In this document: positions 40,139-53,215 of the stretch, piece by piece
How positions within the stretch are numbered: position 1 is the stretch's first letter
How the letters are laid out: every line of letters begins with the position of its first letter
From: Octopus vulgaris
Lineage: Eukaryota
Assembly: GCA_951406725.2 (NCBI GenBank)
Contig: OX597824.1
Location: 24,676,001 to 24,740,000 of the forward strand
Reading direction: 5' to 3'
Length of the DNA: 64,000 nucleotides
The notes under the pieces: model-generated
The model's input: the letters and a program-made list of their open reading frames with translations, nothing else
The model's database searches: none
What the model was told of the DNA's origin: nothing
Made by a program: the position numbers and the translations under genes

Positions 40139-40272
40139 CATACATACATACATACATACATACATACATACATACATACATACATACATACATGCATGCA
40201 TACATACATACATACATACATACATACATACATACATACATACATACATACGTACATGTGTGTGTGTGTGTG
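39780..40272. repeat. (TG)n/(CATA)n microsatellite
   Basis: Directly visible. Confidence 0.96.
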
Positions 40273-40804
40273 TTTTCATTCCGTTGGTCACTCTGTTGAC
40301 CTGAGCTGACCTTTTAGTCCTTCACAATTGCTGACACGACCTTTTAAAAAAACAAAAAATATGATAAGAATGCCAAGTATGTCAGTCCGAACGTCTACAC
40401 GTGGTAGTGATAGTGGTGGTAATGGTGAAGTGATACTTGGGAGGGCACCGATGGTAGGGTGGTGGTGGTGGTTGTGGTGGTGGTGGTGGTGGCGGCGGCG
40501 GTGGTAGTGGTAGCATTACTGCGTTACAGTATGTCTACATATATATATATATATATATATATATGCCTACCTATCTGTTCACTAACCACCTATACTTACT
40601 TTACCTCTGTAGTTACCTGTTCACACATGTACCGTGAAATAAAACACCACGTTGGCAAATATTTCACCTACTATTTAGAGACCATTAGGTGGAAAAGAGG
40701 GAAGGGAAAAATGAGAGAGTGGGGAGACCAAGGAGGGAAAGTAAAGAAAATCAGGCGATACGCCCACAAGCGATTCTATCTATCTATCTGTCTGTCTGTC
40801 TGTA

Positions 40805-40863
<59 letters not shown>

Positions 40864-40865
40864 TT

Positions 40866-41159
40866 GCACCGTCATAGTGTCTAGCCACGAGCACATCGAG
40901 CTGGTCGGCGAGACACTGAAAAACTACGAAGCGGTGACAGGAGCGACACTTCATATTGACATTTCTGTGATAACGATCCCTATTGATCAATTTTTTTTTC
41001 CTCTCCCCCTTTTTTTAAACCCCTTTTTTTGTCCCTTTCTCTCCTTTGATCCTTTGATCGAAACTCCCCTTCCTTTTTTTTTTTTTTTTTTAAACCTTCA
41101 AAGAAAAGCTCTCTGTAATTTGTTCTATCTGTGCAGCCCTTGTGGCTAATAAAGAAACA

Positions 41160-41216
<57 letters not shown>

Positions 41217-41410
41217 GTCTGTCTATCTATTTATCTATCTATCCCCCCCCTTTAAAAAAATTTACCCCCCCCCCCTTTTTGTCCTCTTTCTTTCCTTTTA
41301 CGATCCCTTTTGATCGAAAACCAACCCCCCTTTTTTTTACCCCCAAAAGAAAAGCTCTACCTTGTAATTTGTCTTGTCTGTGTACAGCCCTGTGTGGCTA
41401 ATAAAGAAAC
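40866..41410 (+). mobile_element. Two tandem Tx1-like LINE remnants (40866-41158, 41243-41410) in (ATCT)n
   Basis: TVIVSSHEHIELVGETLKNYEAVTGA resembles the L1/Tx1 RT segment after YADD; pyrimidine-rich 3' UTR ending GTGGCTAATAAAGAAAC. Confidence 0.68.
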
Positions 41411-41411
41411 A

Positions 41412-41480
<69 letters not shown>

Positions 41481-41657
41481 GCCTGTCTGTCTGCCTGTCT
41501 GCCTGTCTGTCTGTCTATCTGTCTGTCTGCGTTTCTGTCTATCTGTTTATCTACCAATCTATTTGACTAATTAGCTAGCTAGACATACAGACAGACAGAG
41601 AGACAGAAGACAGATAAATAAATAATGACAGACAGGCAGATGGACAGACTGACAAGC

Positions 41658-41739
<82 letters not shown>

Positions 41740-41741
<2 letters not shown>

Positions 41742-41928
41742 TTGTCCCCCAACATCGCTTAACAACCGATGCTGGTGTGTTTACGTCCCCGTAACCTAGC
41801 GGTTCGGCATAAAAGAGACCGATAGAATAAGTACTAGGCTTACAAAGAATAAGTCCTGGGGTCGATTTGCTCAACTAAAGGCGGTGCTCCAGCATGGACA
41901 TAGTCAAATGACTGAAAGAAGTAAAATA
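41740..41928 (+). mobile_element. SINE family A, 3' half
   Basis: Consensus match. Confidence 0.88.
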
Positions 41929-42069
41929 GTAAAGGAGTATGAGTGGCAGCGTAAACCTACCAACACCAGTTGTCAAGCAGTGATGGAGGACATTGCATAT
42001 ATAAAATGTATGTATGTATGTATGTATGTATGTATGTATGTATGTATGTATATATGTATGTATGTATGA

Positions 42070-42140
<71 letters not shown>

Positions 42141-42219
42141 TGTATGTATGTATGTATGTATATATGTATGTATATATATGCATACATACATACATACATA
42201 CATATATATATACATACAT

Positions 42220-42276
<57 letters not shown>

Positions 42277-42519
42277 GACATGCCTATATATTCTGAGTAT
42301 AGACATATAGACATGTCTTTATATGTAGAGTATTCCAAAATTTTCCTAATGTAATCCTTATTGTCCTTTATACACCCTGATGATTTTACATACAAGTTAT
42401 CTAAAATGCAAAACTGTATAATTTGTATATGCTTTTTAATTTTAATTTTGTTTGGAGAAATGAAACAACTGTAGGTGAATATGTTGATTAATTAATAAAT
42501 TAATTTGTATCTGCTCTCG

Positions 42520-42985
42520 ATTATTGGGACCGCCTTAAAGTCCTGAAACTCTACTCTCTCCAGCGTCGCCGTGAGCGGTACATCATTTGTACGATGTGGA
42601 GAATATACCGCCAACTTTGCCCAAACGACCTGAACATTAGCTTCAAGGTTCATCCAAGACTGGGACTACGGGCCATACGTCCCCTGCCCAATTCAAGATC
42701 ACAGTATAATTTATTTTCCTCAACAGGCCCTGCCCTATTAAACATTGTCCCGAAAGAGATCAAAGAGGAACAGGATCCCATCAACTTTAACGGAGTCTGG
42801 ATAGATTCCTTCAAGGAATACCAGATAAGCCACCCATAATTGGATACAACTCACCCAACAAAAGCTCACTACTTGAATGGACCATAAACAAAACTTGACT
42901 TAAACAGGATTCAAATAATCCTATCAGGTGATGCTATTAAGTCAGACATGGCCTGGACCAATCATTAGTCGAAACATATCCATCA
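42520..42985 (+). mobile_element. CR1/Jockey-group LINE 3' fragment (distinct family)
   Basis: YWDRLKVLKLYSLQRRRERYII..FSSTGPALLNIVPKEIK..LDRFLQGIPDKP..GY. Confidence 0.8.
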
Positions 42986-43194
42986 GATCTCTCTGTTTCC
43001 TAACTCGATAATAATGTTTGATAATTTACGATATTTTATATAGTATATTCTTTGGAGAAATAGCTCTTCAAAATATATTAAACCAGTGTATCTTGGATAA
43101 AATATCCCTATAAGAGGTTTAAATATCCACATTGTGACTGCACACACACACACACACATACACACACATACACACACACACACACACACATAAG

Positions 43195-43253
<59 letters not shown>

Positions 43254-43256
<3 letters not shown>

Positions 43257-43864
43257 AGTGGCTGTGTGGTAAGTAGCTTCCTTACCAACTAACTGGTTCT
43301 GGATTCAGTCCCACTACGTGGCACCTTGGGCAAGTGTCTTCTACTATAACCTCGGGCCGACCAAAGACTTTTGAGTGGATTTGGTAGACGGAAACCGAAA
43401 GAAGCCCGTCGTATTTATGCATATGTATACATATATGTATGTGCGTATATATGTTTGTGTGTCTGTGTGTCTGTGTTTTTCGCCCCCAACATCGCTTGAA
43501 AATCGATGCTGGTGTGTTTACGTCCCTGTAACTTAGCGGTTCGGCAAAAGAAACCGATAGAATACGTACTAGGCTTAGAAAGGAAAAGTCCTGGGGGTCG
43601 ATTTGCTCGACTAAAGACGGTACTCCAGCATGGCTCCAGTCAAAATGACTGAAACAAATAAAAGAAAAAAAGAAAAGAAAAAATATATATATAGGCGCAG
43701 GAGTGGCAGTGTGGTAAGTAGCTTGCTAACCAACCACATGGTTCCGGATTCAGTCCCACTGCGTGGCATCTTGGGCAAGTGTCTTCTGCTATAGCTCCGG
43801 ACCGACCAATGTCTTGTGAGTGGATTTGGTAGACGGAAACTGAAAGAAGCCAGTCGTATATATG

Positions 43865-43897
<33 letters not shown>

Positions 43898-44110
43898 GTG
43901 TGTGTGTTTGTGTGTTTGTGTTTGTCCCCCTAGCATTGCTTGACAACCGATGCTGGTGTGTTTATGTCCCCGTTACTTAGCGGTTCGGCAAAAGAGACCG
44001 ATAAAATAAGTACTGGGCTTACAAAGAATAAGTCCTGGGGTCGAGTTGCTCGACTAAAGGCGGTGCTCCAGCATGACTCCAGTCAAAATGACTGAAACAA
44101 ATAAAAGAAA
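43254..44110 (+). mobile_element. Two tandem SINE family A copies (43254-43670, 43693-44110)
   Basis: Two full-length consensus matches with the same unusual tail AAATAAAAGAAAAAAGAAAAGAAAA. Confidence 0.9.
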
Positions 44111-45237
44111 AAAAGAAAAGAAAATATATATATATATGCATACATATGTATACACACGCACATGCACACACGCACGCACGCATACACATGTACCCACAAA
44201 CTCGCATGTACTGGTTAAATGCACTTATAGAATGTCAGTAGCGCTAATTAATTTACTTTGTTGTTTTTATACCATTCATTAACGTCTTCATTAACATGTA
44301 ATTTTTATTTATTAATTAGCGATATATTTGTGCTTCTATGTACTAAATAGTCATATTTTTACCGCAAATTTACTATTGTTGTCCCTGTCATCGTCGTTGT
44401 TGTAGTAACTGTCGTCGTTGTAGTGGCAGCTCAAGCTATTTAACCCTAGGTTAGCACCATCTGAGCAAACCTGTTGCTCAAGACGTTTTATCCCCACCGG
44501 GTGTGGTAGAGTGGTTAAGAAGCCACGTGGGAATCATGTTCTGTTGGTAGACGCACTTTTTGCTGAACCCTAATTATAATTATGCTTATAATTATAGAAT
44601 TTTTGTATAAGGTTACCGATAATGGTTTTTTAACGTACCGAACTACCTGGTAAAATTATTAATTATTAATTGATTAATTAATTTTTCCCTTTGTCATTAT
44701 TGATAATATAATTCACTCCCTGATAATAAACTGCAGTTTCTGCGGAATTACTCGTGCACACGAGGGTGATTGAGGAAGAATGTGATGTCTCATTCATCTG
44801 TTTTGAATTCGGAAGTACTGGTTTTGGGATATAAGCTGTTCGATGGCGCTTGATCGAATACGTATGTTAATTATTAGTACTCTAAAATTAAAATACTATA
44901 CTGACGACGGGAAGAAGTGAGTAAAAATATGATTTTACATCTCTTTAAACCAGAAACGCGTATATAGTTAATCAAAGCCGGGTGGATTCGTTATTTTTTC
45001 TCTTTACCTACGTGAGTTGAGAGTATCACTGTCTGAGAGATATCTTATGGTAGTGGAATAGTATTTAACTGCTATTTCTAAATTTCGGTATGTGGTGAAG
45101 CAATTTTTGCTGAACTCTAATTATAATTATGCTTGATTACCGATAATGGTTCTTTTAACATACCGAACTACTTGGTAAAATTATTAACTATTAATTAATT
45201 TTACCCATTATTATTATTGATAATATCTGTCTGTCTG

Positions 45238-45347
<110 letters not shown>

Positions 45348-45421
45348 ATGAACACTTCTGTCGTTAGACGACGTATGAGGGTGCGACAATTTCTTATTGA
45401 ACAACCACACAAATGGTTTGT

Positions 45422-47687
45422 CATCATCATGGCAATCCCTCAAGGTCGAGGATGATGGTCTTCGCGCAAATTTACTGGTGAGTCCGTAGGTGACCGATAA
45501 GACCAATTCTTGCTTGAAAAAATCGGTCGCAGTGCGGACATCTAGTGCCGGAAGGGAGAGTCACACGTGGTTGTTGTTGGCGCTCCTTCCGTCGTCATCT
45601 TTTCTCCTCCAGCTCTGCAGACCTTTTCGACTCGAAAGTCGCCGTTCCCTCATGGATGGTGGTTTTCTAGAGTGGTCTGTTTTTTGCCGTTTCCTCCCAG
45701 TAAGTGAAATCGATGTCACACTTTTTGAGGTTCGTTTTCAGGGAGTCCTTGTAGCGTTTCTTCTGGCCTCCTTTTGTACACTTGCCGCCTTTGAGTTGGG
45801 AGTAGAAGATCTGTTTGGGAAGTCGTTCGTCAGTCATTCTAACCACGTGGCCGCTCCATCTTAGTTGGCCTTTGATGACATAGGCTTCGATTCTGGTCAT
45901 TTTTGCTTCTTGTAGCACGCTGATGTTTGTTCTTCTGTCCCAAGCTGATGTTAAGGATCTTCCGAAGACAGCGTTGGTGAAATTTCTCGAGCGTTTTCAG
46001 GTGGTGACTATACGGGGTCCAGGTTTCGGATGCGTAAAGGAGGGTTGGAATAATGACTGCTCTGTACACGATGAGTTTGGTTTCGGTTCGGATGAACCGA
46101 TCAGCAAAAACTCTTGTTCGAAGCTTGCCGAAAGCTGTTCCTGCACACTTCAGACGGTGTTGGATTTCATCGCTGAGGTCTACCTTTGCTGACAGATGGC
46201 TCCCAAGGTAGCAGAAATGGTTCACATTTTCCAGTGGAATTCCTTCGAGTTGAATCGATGGCGGGTTGTCAACACGGGCATTGGGAGGAGGTTGGTAGAG
46301 TAAGTGAGTCTTCTTGATGTTGATGCTCAGTCCAAGTTTAGTATATGCATGATGAAAAGCATTTAGGATCTGTTGGAGGTGACCCTCTCTGTAAGCTGCT
46401 ACACTGTTGTCGTCGGCATATTGGAACTCTAGCAAGCTTCGCGCTATTGTCTTTGACGTACTTTTGAGGCGAGCGAGGTTGAAAAGCTTGCCGTCCATTC
46501 TGTACGAGATCTCGATGCCAGGTGGAAGGTCATCTCGTATGATGTGCAACACTGTCGCGATAAAGATGGTAAAGAGAGTTGGCGCTATCACGCAGCGTTG
46601 CTTCACTCCGGAGGTGACTTTAAAGGGCTCAGAACTGCCACCGTCGGTCTGGACTCTGGCGTGCATATTGTCGTGGAGGAGTTTGAGGATCCAGATGAAT
46701 TTATCTGGGCATCCATACTGGGCGAGAATATCCCAGAGGAGCTCTCGTGAGACACGAACAAAGGCTTTGGATAGGTCGATAAAGGCCAAATAGAGCGGTT
46801 GGTGTTGCTCGCGACATTTTTCTTGTAGCTGTCGTAGCGTGAAGATCATGTCGGTTGTGCTTCGTGATGGCCTAAAGCCGGTCTGCGTCTCAGGAAGGAT
46901 CCTCTCTGACAGCGTTTTGAGGCGGTTGTTCAGGATGCGTGCAAGAATCTTCCCAGCAGTTGCTAATAAGAAAATACCCCGGTAATTTCCACACTCAGAA
47001 CGATCGCCCTTTCGTTTGTAAATGGTGATGATGTTAGCATCCCTAAAGTCGGATGGTACAACTTCATTTGTCCAGATTTTGACCAAGAGTTGGTGGAGCT
47101 GGTGTTGGACATAATCACCTCCCAGTTTGTAGATCTCAGCTGGGATTCCGTCAGGACCCGCGGCTTTGTTGTTCTTCATCGCTGTGATAGCAATTTTGAC
47201 CTCTTTTGGAACACCAGGACTGGTTCGACGACAATGATGAAGCTCTCAAAGAACTGATCGACCAAAAGCGGAAAGCTTTCATCAGCTCACATAATGATCC
47301 AAAGTCTGCCACTAAACGAGAGTCTTTCAAAAAGTGAAAAGCCGCAGTTCAAAGGACAACCCGTACCCTGAAGAACCAGTGGTGGAGACACAAATCTCGT
47401 GAAATCCAGCAGCTAGCAGATGTAAACGACACCAGAGGGTTCTTCAAAGCCACGAAAGAAATATATGGACCTTCCACACATGGACAGGCTCCTCTGAAGA
47501 GTAAAGACGGAGCGACCATCCTGAAAAGCAACACCGAAATAGGAGACAGATGGAGAGAACACTTCGATGACCTCCTCAATCACAAGGCTACCATCGACAA
47601 AAGCATACTTAACATGATTCCTAAAGAGGCCGAAGATTACTCTCTCGCTCGAATTCCATCACTCGATGAGGTCAAAATTGCTTTGAG
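45422..47687 (-). mobile_element. RTE-clade LINE, 5'-truncated with inverted 5' segment; 9-bp TSD
   Basis: KAAGPDGIP, NYRGI, QTGFR, FIDLSKAF, GVKQ, QYADD, YLGS; C-terminal CPHC..IGLIGHLRTH; (ATG)n tail; ATGGTTTGT at 45413-45421 and 47688-47696; segment 47210-47682 is on the + strand. Confidence 0.95.
45472..47203 (-). pseudogene. RTE reverse transcriptase ORF, disrupted
   Basis: ORFs 45839..47179 and 45667..45918 joined by a frameshift, further stops downstream. Confidence 0.92.
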
Positions 47688-47891
47688 ATGGTTTGTATAT
47701 AGTCATTAAATGTTTGTGTAGGCATAAGTTTACTCCCTACATCAGATCGACATTACATGTACAGGTGTAACGGGTTCCACATGTCAGATGTCAAAATGAT
47801 CTCAGAGCAACGCGAAATGAAGTGCTTTACTGAAGAACACAACGCAACGCCTTAACCACTAAACCATGTGCCTTCACACACACACACACAC

Positions 47892-47971
<80 letters not shown>

Positions 47972-49085
47972 TACATATGTTGTCAATTCAAATAAATAAT
48001 CAATTCAAGTAAACGAATATTAAAATTAACAGGCAACAAGAGGACGTGCACAAGGAATGTGTCATTGATGAGGTCACGGATGGCGACGAAAGGATTTTGA
48101 CAAGCCGAACTGATAGGTTGATTATCAAATAATAGTAAAAGAAGTGAAATAGAACCACTGCGTGTCTTCATTATTGGCCCAGTGACCCTCCCGAGATACA
48201 AGAAAATCTTTTTTAACATGCGAATTTAAACTAGCGATTGTATGAACAATATTAAATGCGATATATTTGTAAAAAAGCCGTAATCGATTTAAGATCAAAT
48301 TATAATAAATTGATCCAATGATTGGTATTGAACCGCGCTTATCTTACTTCATACGGCACACGTGATTGTGGAACTTTTCCATCTCAAATTGCTATGCATT
48401 TGATATATAGTAATAATAGAGAATATTAACACGTAGATTCGATAATAATAACCTTTCTACATTGCATAATGGAGTCAACTGATACAAAGTTCATTAACCT
48501 GATATTAATAATCTCAGAAATAACATTAACCTTGGATATATCATCACACTGACTATTCAATGGAAAATGTCGAAAGATCAGTCAATCTTAATTTAACGCT
48601 TAACATAGAAGCAACAATTTATCTTCTCCCCTCCCACTCTCTTACTAACAGTTAAGATGGCTAAACGAAGCTGTATAACACAGTTAACGAGGGGTTTTAA
48701 AATGGAGGATTTAATGGAGCTTGCTTGTACATATGCACACACAGATATACAGAATAATATTCATACAAAAACATGTATTTGAGTAGCTTTGTTGATTTAA
48801 TGAGGGTTAAAAATCTAAAGACAATATAACACTCACTCACACACATATACACGCATATGTAAATATGTGTTTCTTTACAAATATGTTGTTATTCTTTTAT
48901 GCGTTTCAACCCAAAGGCTGTGACCATCCTGGGATATCGCCAGTATCATTCGTCACCTTTTCGATGGCCATTCCTATTTGGTTGGCTTTTGGTGAATGAG
49001 GGAGGTTGATATTGCTGCCATCATTTGAGATCTTGGACAGTAGAAGGTTATGGTGTTTCTAGAAAACATTTATCACTCCACCACC

Positions 49086-49133
<48 letters not shown>

Positions 49134-49180
49134 TGAGAGACAAGCAAGCAGACAGGCAGGCATGTAGGCAAACAGACAGG

Positions 49181-49240
<60 letters not shown>

Positions 49241-49241
<1 letters not shown>

Positions 49242-49617
49242 TAGCAGTATCGCCCGGCGTTTCTCGGGTTTGTTTAGACCCTTTAGAATTGGAATTTTTG
49301 AAAAGTAAAAATTTTGCATTATGTAGCTTGTTATTCTCTTTAAGTGAACATTTTTCTGGTTGAAATACACCGAAGAGTAAAAAAATCGTAAAAATAGGGA
49401 TTTTCACAGAGAAAAAGCACCTTTTTGATGTAAATAATTTTTGGTGTTAACATGGTCCGATTTGAATTTTTTCTTCTACGGAAGGAAGAGCAAGCCTTCT
49501 TCTATCATACTCTCAATTTTGGTCAACTTGCGTCGCAGGGTCTCGGAGGAGATAGTATTAGTTGAAGGCTACCGATCCTGCCATACACAGACAACTTCAG
49601 CTTTATATATTTAGAGA
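49241..49617 (-). mobile_element. Non-autonomous Helitron
   Basis: Minus strand A|TCTCTAAATATATAAAG start; CCCGAGAAACGCCGGGCGATACTGCTAG|T end. Confidence 0.88.
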
Positions 49618-50144
49618 TATACATATATCATAGTACAGTATAGGTTATACACACACGCATACAAGTAAATATATATGTACATTATATATACACACAGTTG
49701 TGTATGTTTGTGTGAGATGGGAGTGGTAGTGCAGACGCCGGATTCTGTGCCATTCTGAAGATTTTGAACTTGTGATCCTGATCAATAAACCAAAGATTTT
49801 CACTGATCCTTCTACTCCAAGGAAGCTATCGATCTCAACATTGTCGATAGCATAATGCCCAACCAATAAAATCCACAAGTAGTTTTTTCTTCAAATTTTA
49901 ATGTTTTTTTTCTTTTTTAAGGAATTAGGAAAATATAATGATATTGAGCGAAACTGGATGTCTTTGGAATCTTTGGAATGTATTCGATTTGACAAAAAGT
50001 AAACTCAGTAATTGTGCCAAATTGTAACCCTTGTTTTCATTTGCAAAATTTCAAATGCGAGAGAAAGAAACGTGAAAATCACTTTCATCGTATTTCTCTT
50101 TATACTTAGTGACCTTCAGTGCAGTTCTCCTATGAGATATGAGA

Positions 50145-50270
50145 CGTTTTGGCGCCGTCGTTCTGGCACTACCGTTTTGGCGCTTCCGTTTTGGTGCTAC
50201 CATCTTGGCGATGCCGTTTTGGTACTGCTGTTTTGGTGCTGCCATTTTGGCGCCACCTATTTGGCGTTGC
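50145..50270. repeat. 14-bp minisatellite, 9 units (CGTTTTGGYGCYRC-like)
   Basis: Units read directly from the sequence. Confidence 0.85.
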
Positions 50271-51562
50271 TGATACGACGCTGACTTATTTGACATCAGA
50301 CGTGTTAATATATCTCTCATTTTAATGTTTTTCTTTTCTCTCTCACCCCATCTCTCTCTCTATATATATATGTGTGTGAGTATATTTTTCTTTATGTGCA
50401 TGAAGAGAGGGAAAGTGTTTATATCAATCGTGCTCAATAAATTGTACTGTCTCTCTCCTCCTCTCTTTCCCCCCTCTCTCTCTCTCACTCACTCTCTATC
50501 TGTATATTTCTAATGCGTGTGTATGTGTGTGTATGCTTCACTCCGGATCATTTTCGCATTCTCAACAAAACCTAATTAATACAACTATTGAGCTTTAGAA
50601 TAGTTCGTTTTTGTTATTTGCTTTGCAAGATTCTAGATGTAAACTCGTATGTTGAAACAGATTTTGTTATATCTCGGGAAGGTTGTCAATGATGAGGTTG
50701 CAAATGGCGATGAAAAGGCTGAAAAACTTAATTGACTAATTGGAAAATCGATTACTTAATTGGTTAAATAGTAAACTAGTTGAATACTAATAATAAAAGA
50801 AGTGAATAGAACCAGTACGTGTGTTTATTATTGGCATAATGACCCTCTAGAAATGCAACAATATTTATCCAAGGCTAACACAATTGACTTGGGCTGATAC
50901 AGCTTGGAACCAATGACAATTGCTGAATTGGTTAAATAGTTAACCAGTTGACTAATAATAACAATAGAAGTAAAATAGAGCCAGTGCGTGGATATATTAT
51001 TGGTACAATGACCTTCCCGAGATAGAACGTTTAACCAAGGGAAACACCACCGGATATGGATTGAAACACTGTCAACAGAGTCTAGGCTGTCTAAAAGTAA
51101 AGAATGAAGCCAATAGCACAAGGCACCACATCCTCCACCACCCTCTTTAACAGTTCCGTCAATCCACCGCCCTAGACTGGTGCTTTTTCTTTTATCAACC
51201 CATGAGAGGATGAAAAAGTTGACTTCAGTGGGATTTGAACTCAGAGCTCCAAGAATTGAAACAAATTTTGCGATATATTGCGATGATTGTGCCAATTCGC
51301 GCGTCTTCGTGCACACTGAGTTACCCTTCAGGGGAAGAGGATGTAAGAATGAGGTTGTTTCTGGAATGATTCACTAATTCTGCCATCCATCTACCCGCTA
51401 ATTGAAAGAATTATCACACTGAGATCGAAAAGTAACACCGAACACGCAGAATGGAAATCGAACCATCTTTCATAATCTAACCAGGTATAGAGCTGCTATC
51501 TTTTACATCGTGTAAACTTTCAAGCTCAACTGTTGCTTACGAGTGTACAACATTTAATATGT

Positions 51563-51745
51563 CTTCGTCTGCCGTTTACGTTCTGGGTTCAAATTCCGCC
51601 GAGGTTCACTTTGCTTTTCATCCTTTCGGGGTCGATAAATTAAGTACCAGTTACACACTGGCGTCGATGTAATCGACTTAATCCGTTTGTCTGTCCTTGT
51701 TCGTCCTCTCTGTGTTTAGACCCTTGTGGGTAGTAAAGAAATATA
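51563..51745 (+). mobile_element. SINE family B lacking the first ~50 nt
   Basis: Starts at TTCGTCTGCCG, i.e. close to the multimer junction. Confidence 0.88.
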
Positions 51746-52294
51746 TATATTACATGAATGTAAGTGTATATTCATATTTATATGTGTGTGCGTGTAAATA
51801 TGAATGTTAGTTAGTTAGTTAGTTAATGAGATGAATATGTGTGCTTGTATATGTACGTGTGCGTGCGTCTGCATGTGTGTGTGCGTGCGCGCGTGTAATT
51901 GAAATATGTTGTATGATGCAATATAATATGAGATATATCAACGCGTAAATACGATGCTAATGGTCTCTTGCATGTTATTATGGAGTCTATTCACCTAAAG
52001 TTCATTAACCTGGGATGAATATTCTAAATACAATAAACTCATACATCACATCCAATCCGATGATGGCTAAAGAAAATGTCAAAATACAACTCAATCTCAT
52101 TCTTAATGATATTCAAGCTTGGAAAATGTAACGCAGTCTCCTCACTTGATGATCTGGCTAATTGCTAGAACGGATAAACGATTCGACATAAAACTGGTTA
52201 ACAAAAAGTTACAAACTGTGGATTTTCATTTTTCATGCGCACTCGCTCTCTTATACATATAAGTCTTTTGTGTGCGTCTACATGCGCATATATT

Positions 52295-52721
52295 TACTCT
52301 TTACTCTTTTACTCTTTTACTTGTTTCAGTCATTTGACTGCGGCCATGCTGGAGCACCGCCTTTAGTCGAGCAAATCGACCCCGGGACTTATTCTTTTGT
52401 AAGCCCCAGTACTTATTCTATCGGTCTCTTTTTGCCGAACCGCTAAGTGACGGGGACGTATAAACACACCAGCATCGGTTGTCAAGCAATGATAGGGGGA
52501 CAAACACAGACACACAAACATATATATACACACTTATATATATATATACATATATACGACAGGCTTCTTTTCAGTTTCCGTCTACCAAATCCACTCACAA
52601 GGCATTGGTCGGCCCGGGGCTATAGCAGAAGACACTTGCCCAAGATGCCACGCAGTGGGACTGAACTTGGAATCATGTGGTTGGTTAGCAAGCAACTTAC
52701 CACACAGCCACTCCTGCGCCT
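52295..52721 (-). mobile_element. SINE family A, full length
   Basis: Consensus match. Confidence 0.92.
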
Positions 52722-52800
52722 ATTTGTGTGTGGGATTTTCTTGTTTCATATATATATCGCTTGATAACCGATGCTATTGTGTTTACGTACCCGTAACATA

Positions 52801-53215
52801 GCGGCGAGCTGGCAGACACGTTAGCACGCCGGGCGAAATGCTTTGCGGTATTTCGTCTGCCGTTACGTTGTGAGTTCAAATTCCGCCGAGGTCGACTTAA
52901 CCTTTCATCCTTTCGGGGTCGATAAATTAAGTACCAGTTACGCACCGGGATCGATGTAATCGACTTAATACCTATGTCTGTCCTTGTTTGTCCCCTCTGT
53001 GTTTAGCCCCTTGTGGGTAATAAAGAAATAGGTATTTCGTCTGCCGTTACGTTGTGAGTTCAAATTCCGCCGAGGTCGACTTTGCCTTTCATCGTTTCGG
53101 GGTCGATAATTTAAGTACCAGTTATGCACTGGGGTCGATGTAATCGACTTAATACCTATGTCTGTCCTTGTTTGTCCCCTCTGTGTTTAGCCCCTTGTGG
53201 GTAATAAAGAAATAG
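52801..53215 (+). mobile_element. SINE family B dimer inserted in the 3' half of a SINE A (52757-53361)
   Basis: 184-nt period; TSD GTACCCGTA(A/G)CATAGCGG at about 52787 and 53216. Confidence 0.92.

Noticed and set aside
39714-40309. HTYI/MYVC-repeat ORFs (also at 18.9k, 33.5k, 42k and 54.8k)
   Set aside because: (CATA)n microsatellite translations.
42945-42985. Hammerhead-like CCTGG..GTCGAAAC at a LINE 3' end
   Set aside because: No CUGANGA-like core with matching stem I; more likely the LINE 3' stem-loop.
50145-50270. CRISPR-like array
   Set aside because: Contiguous 14-bp units with no spacers; eukaryotic context; no cas genes.
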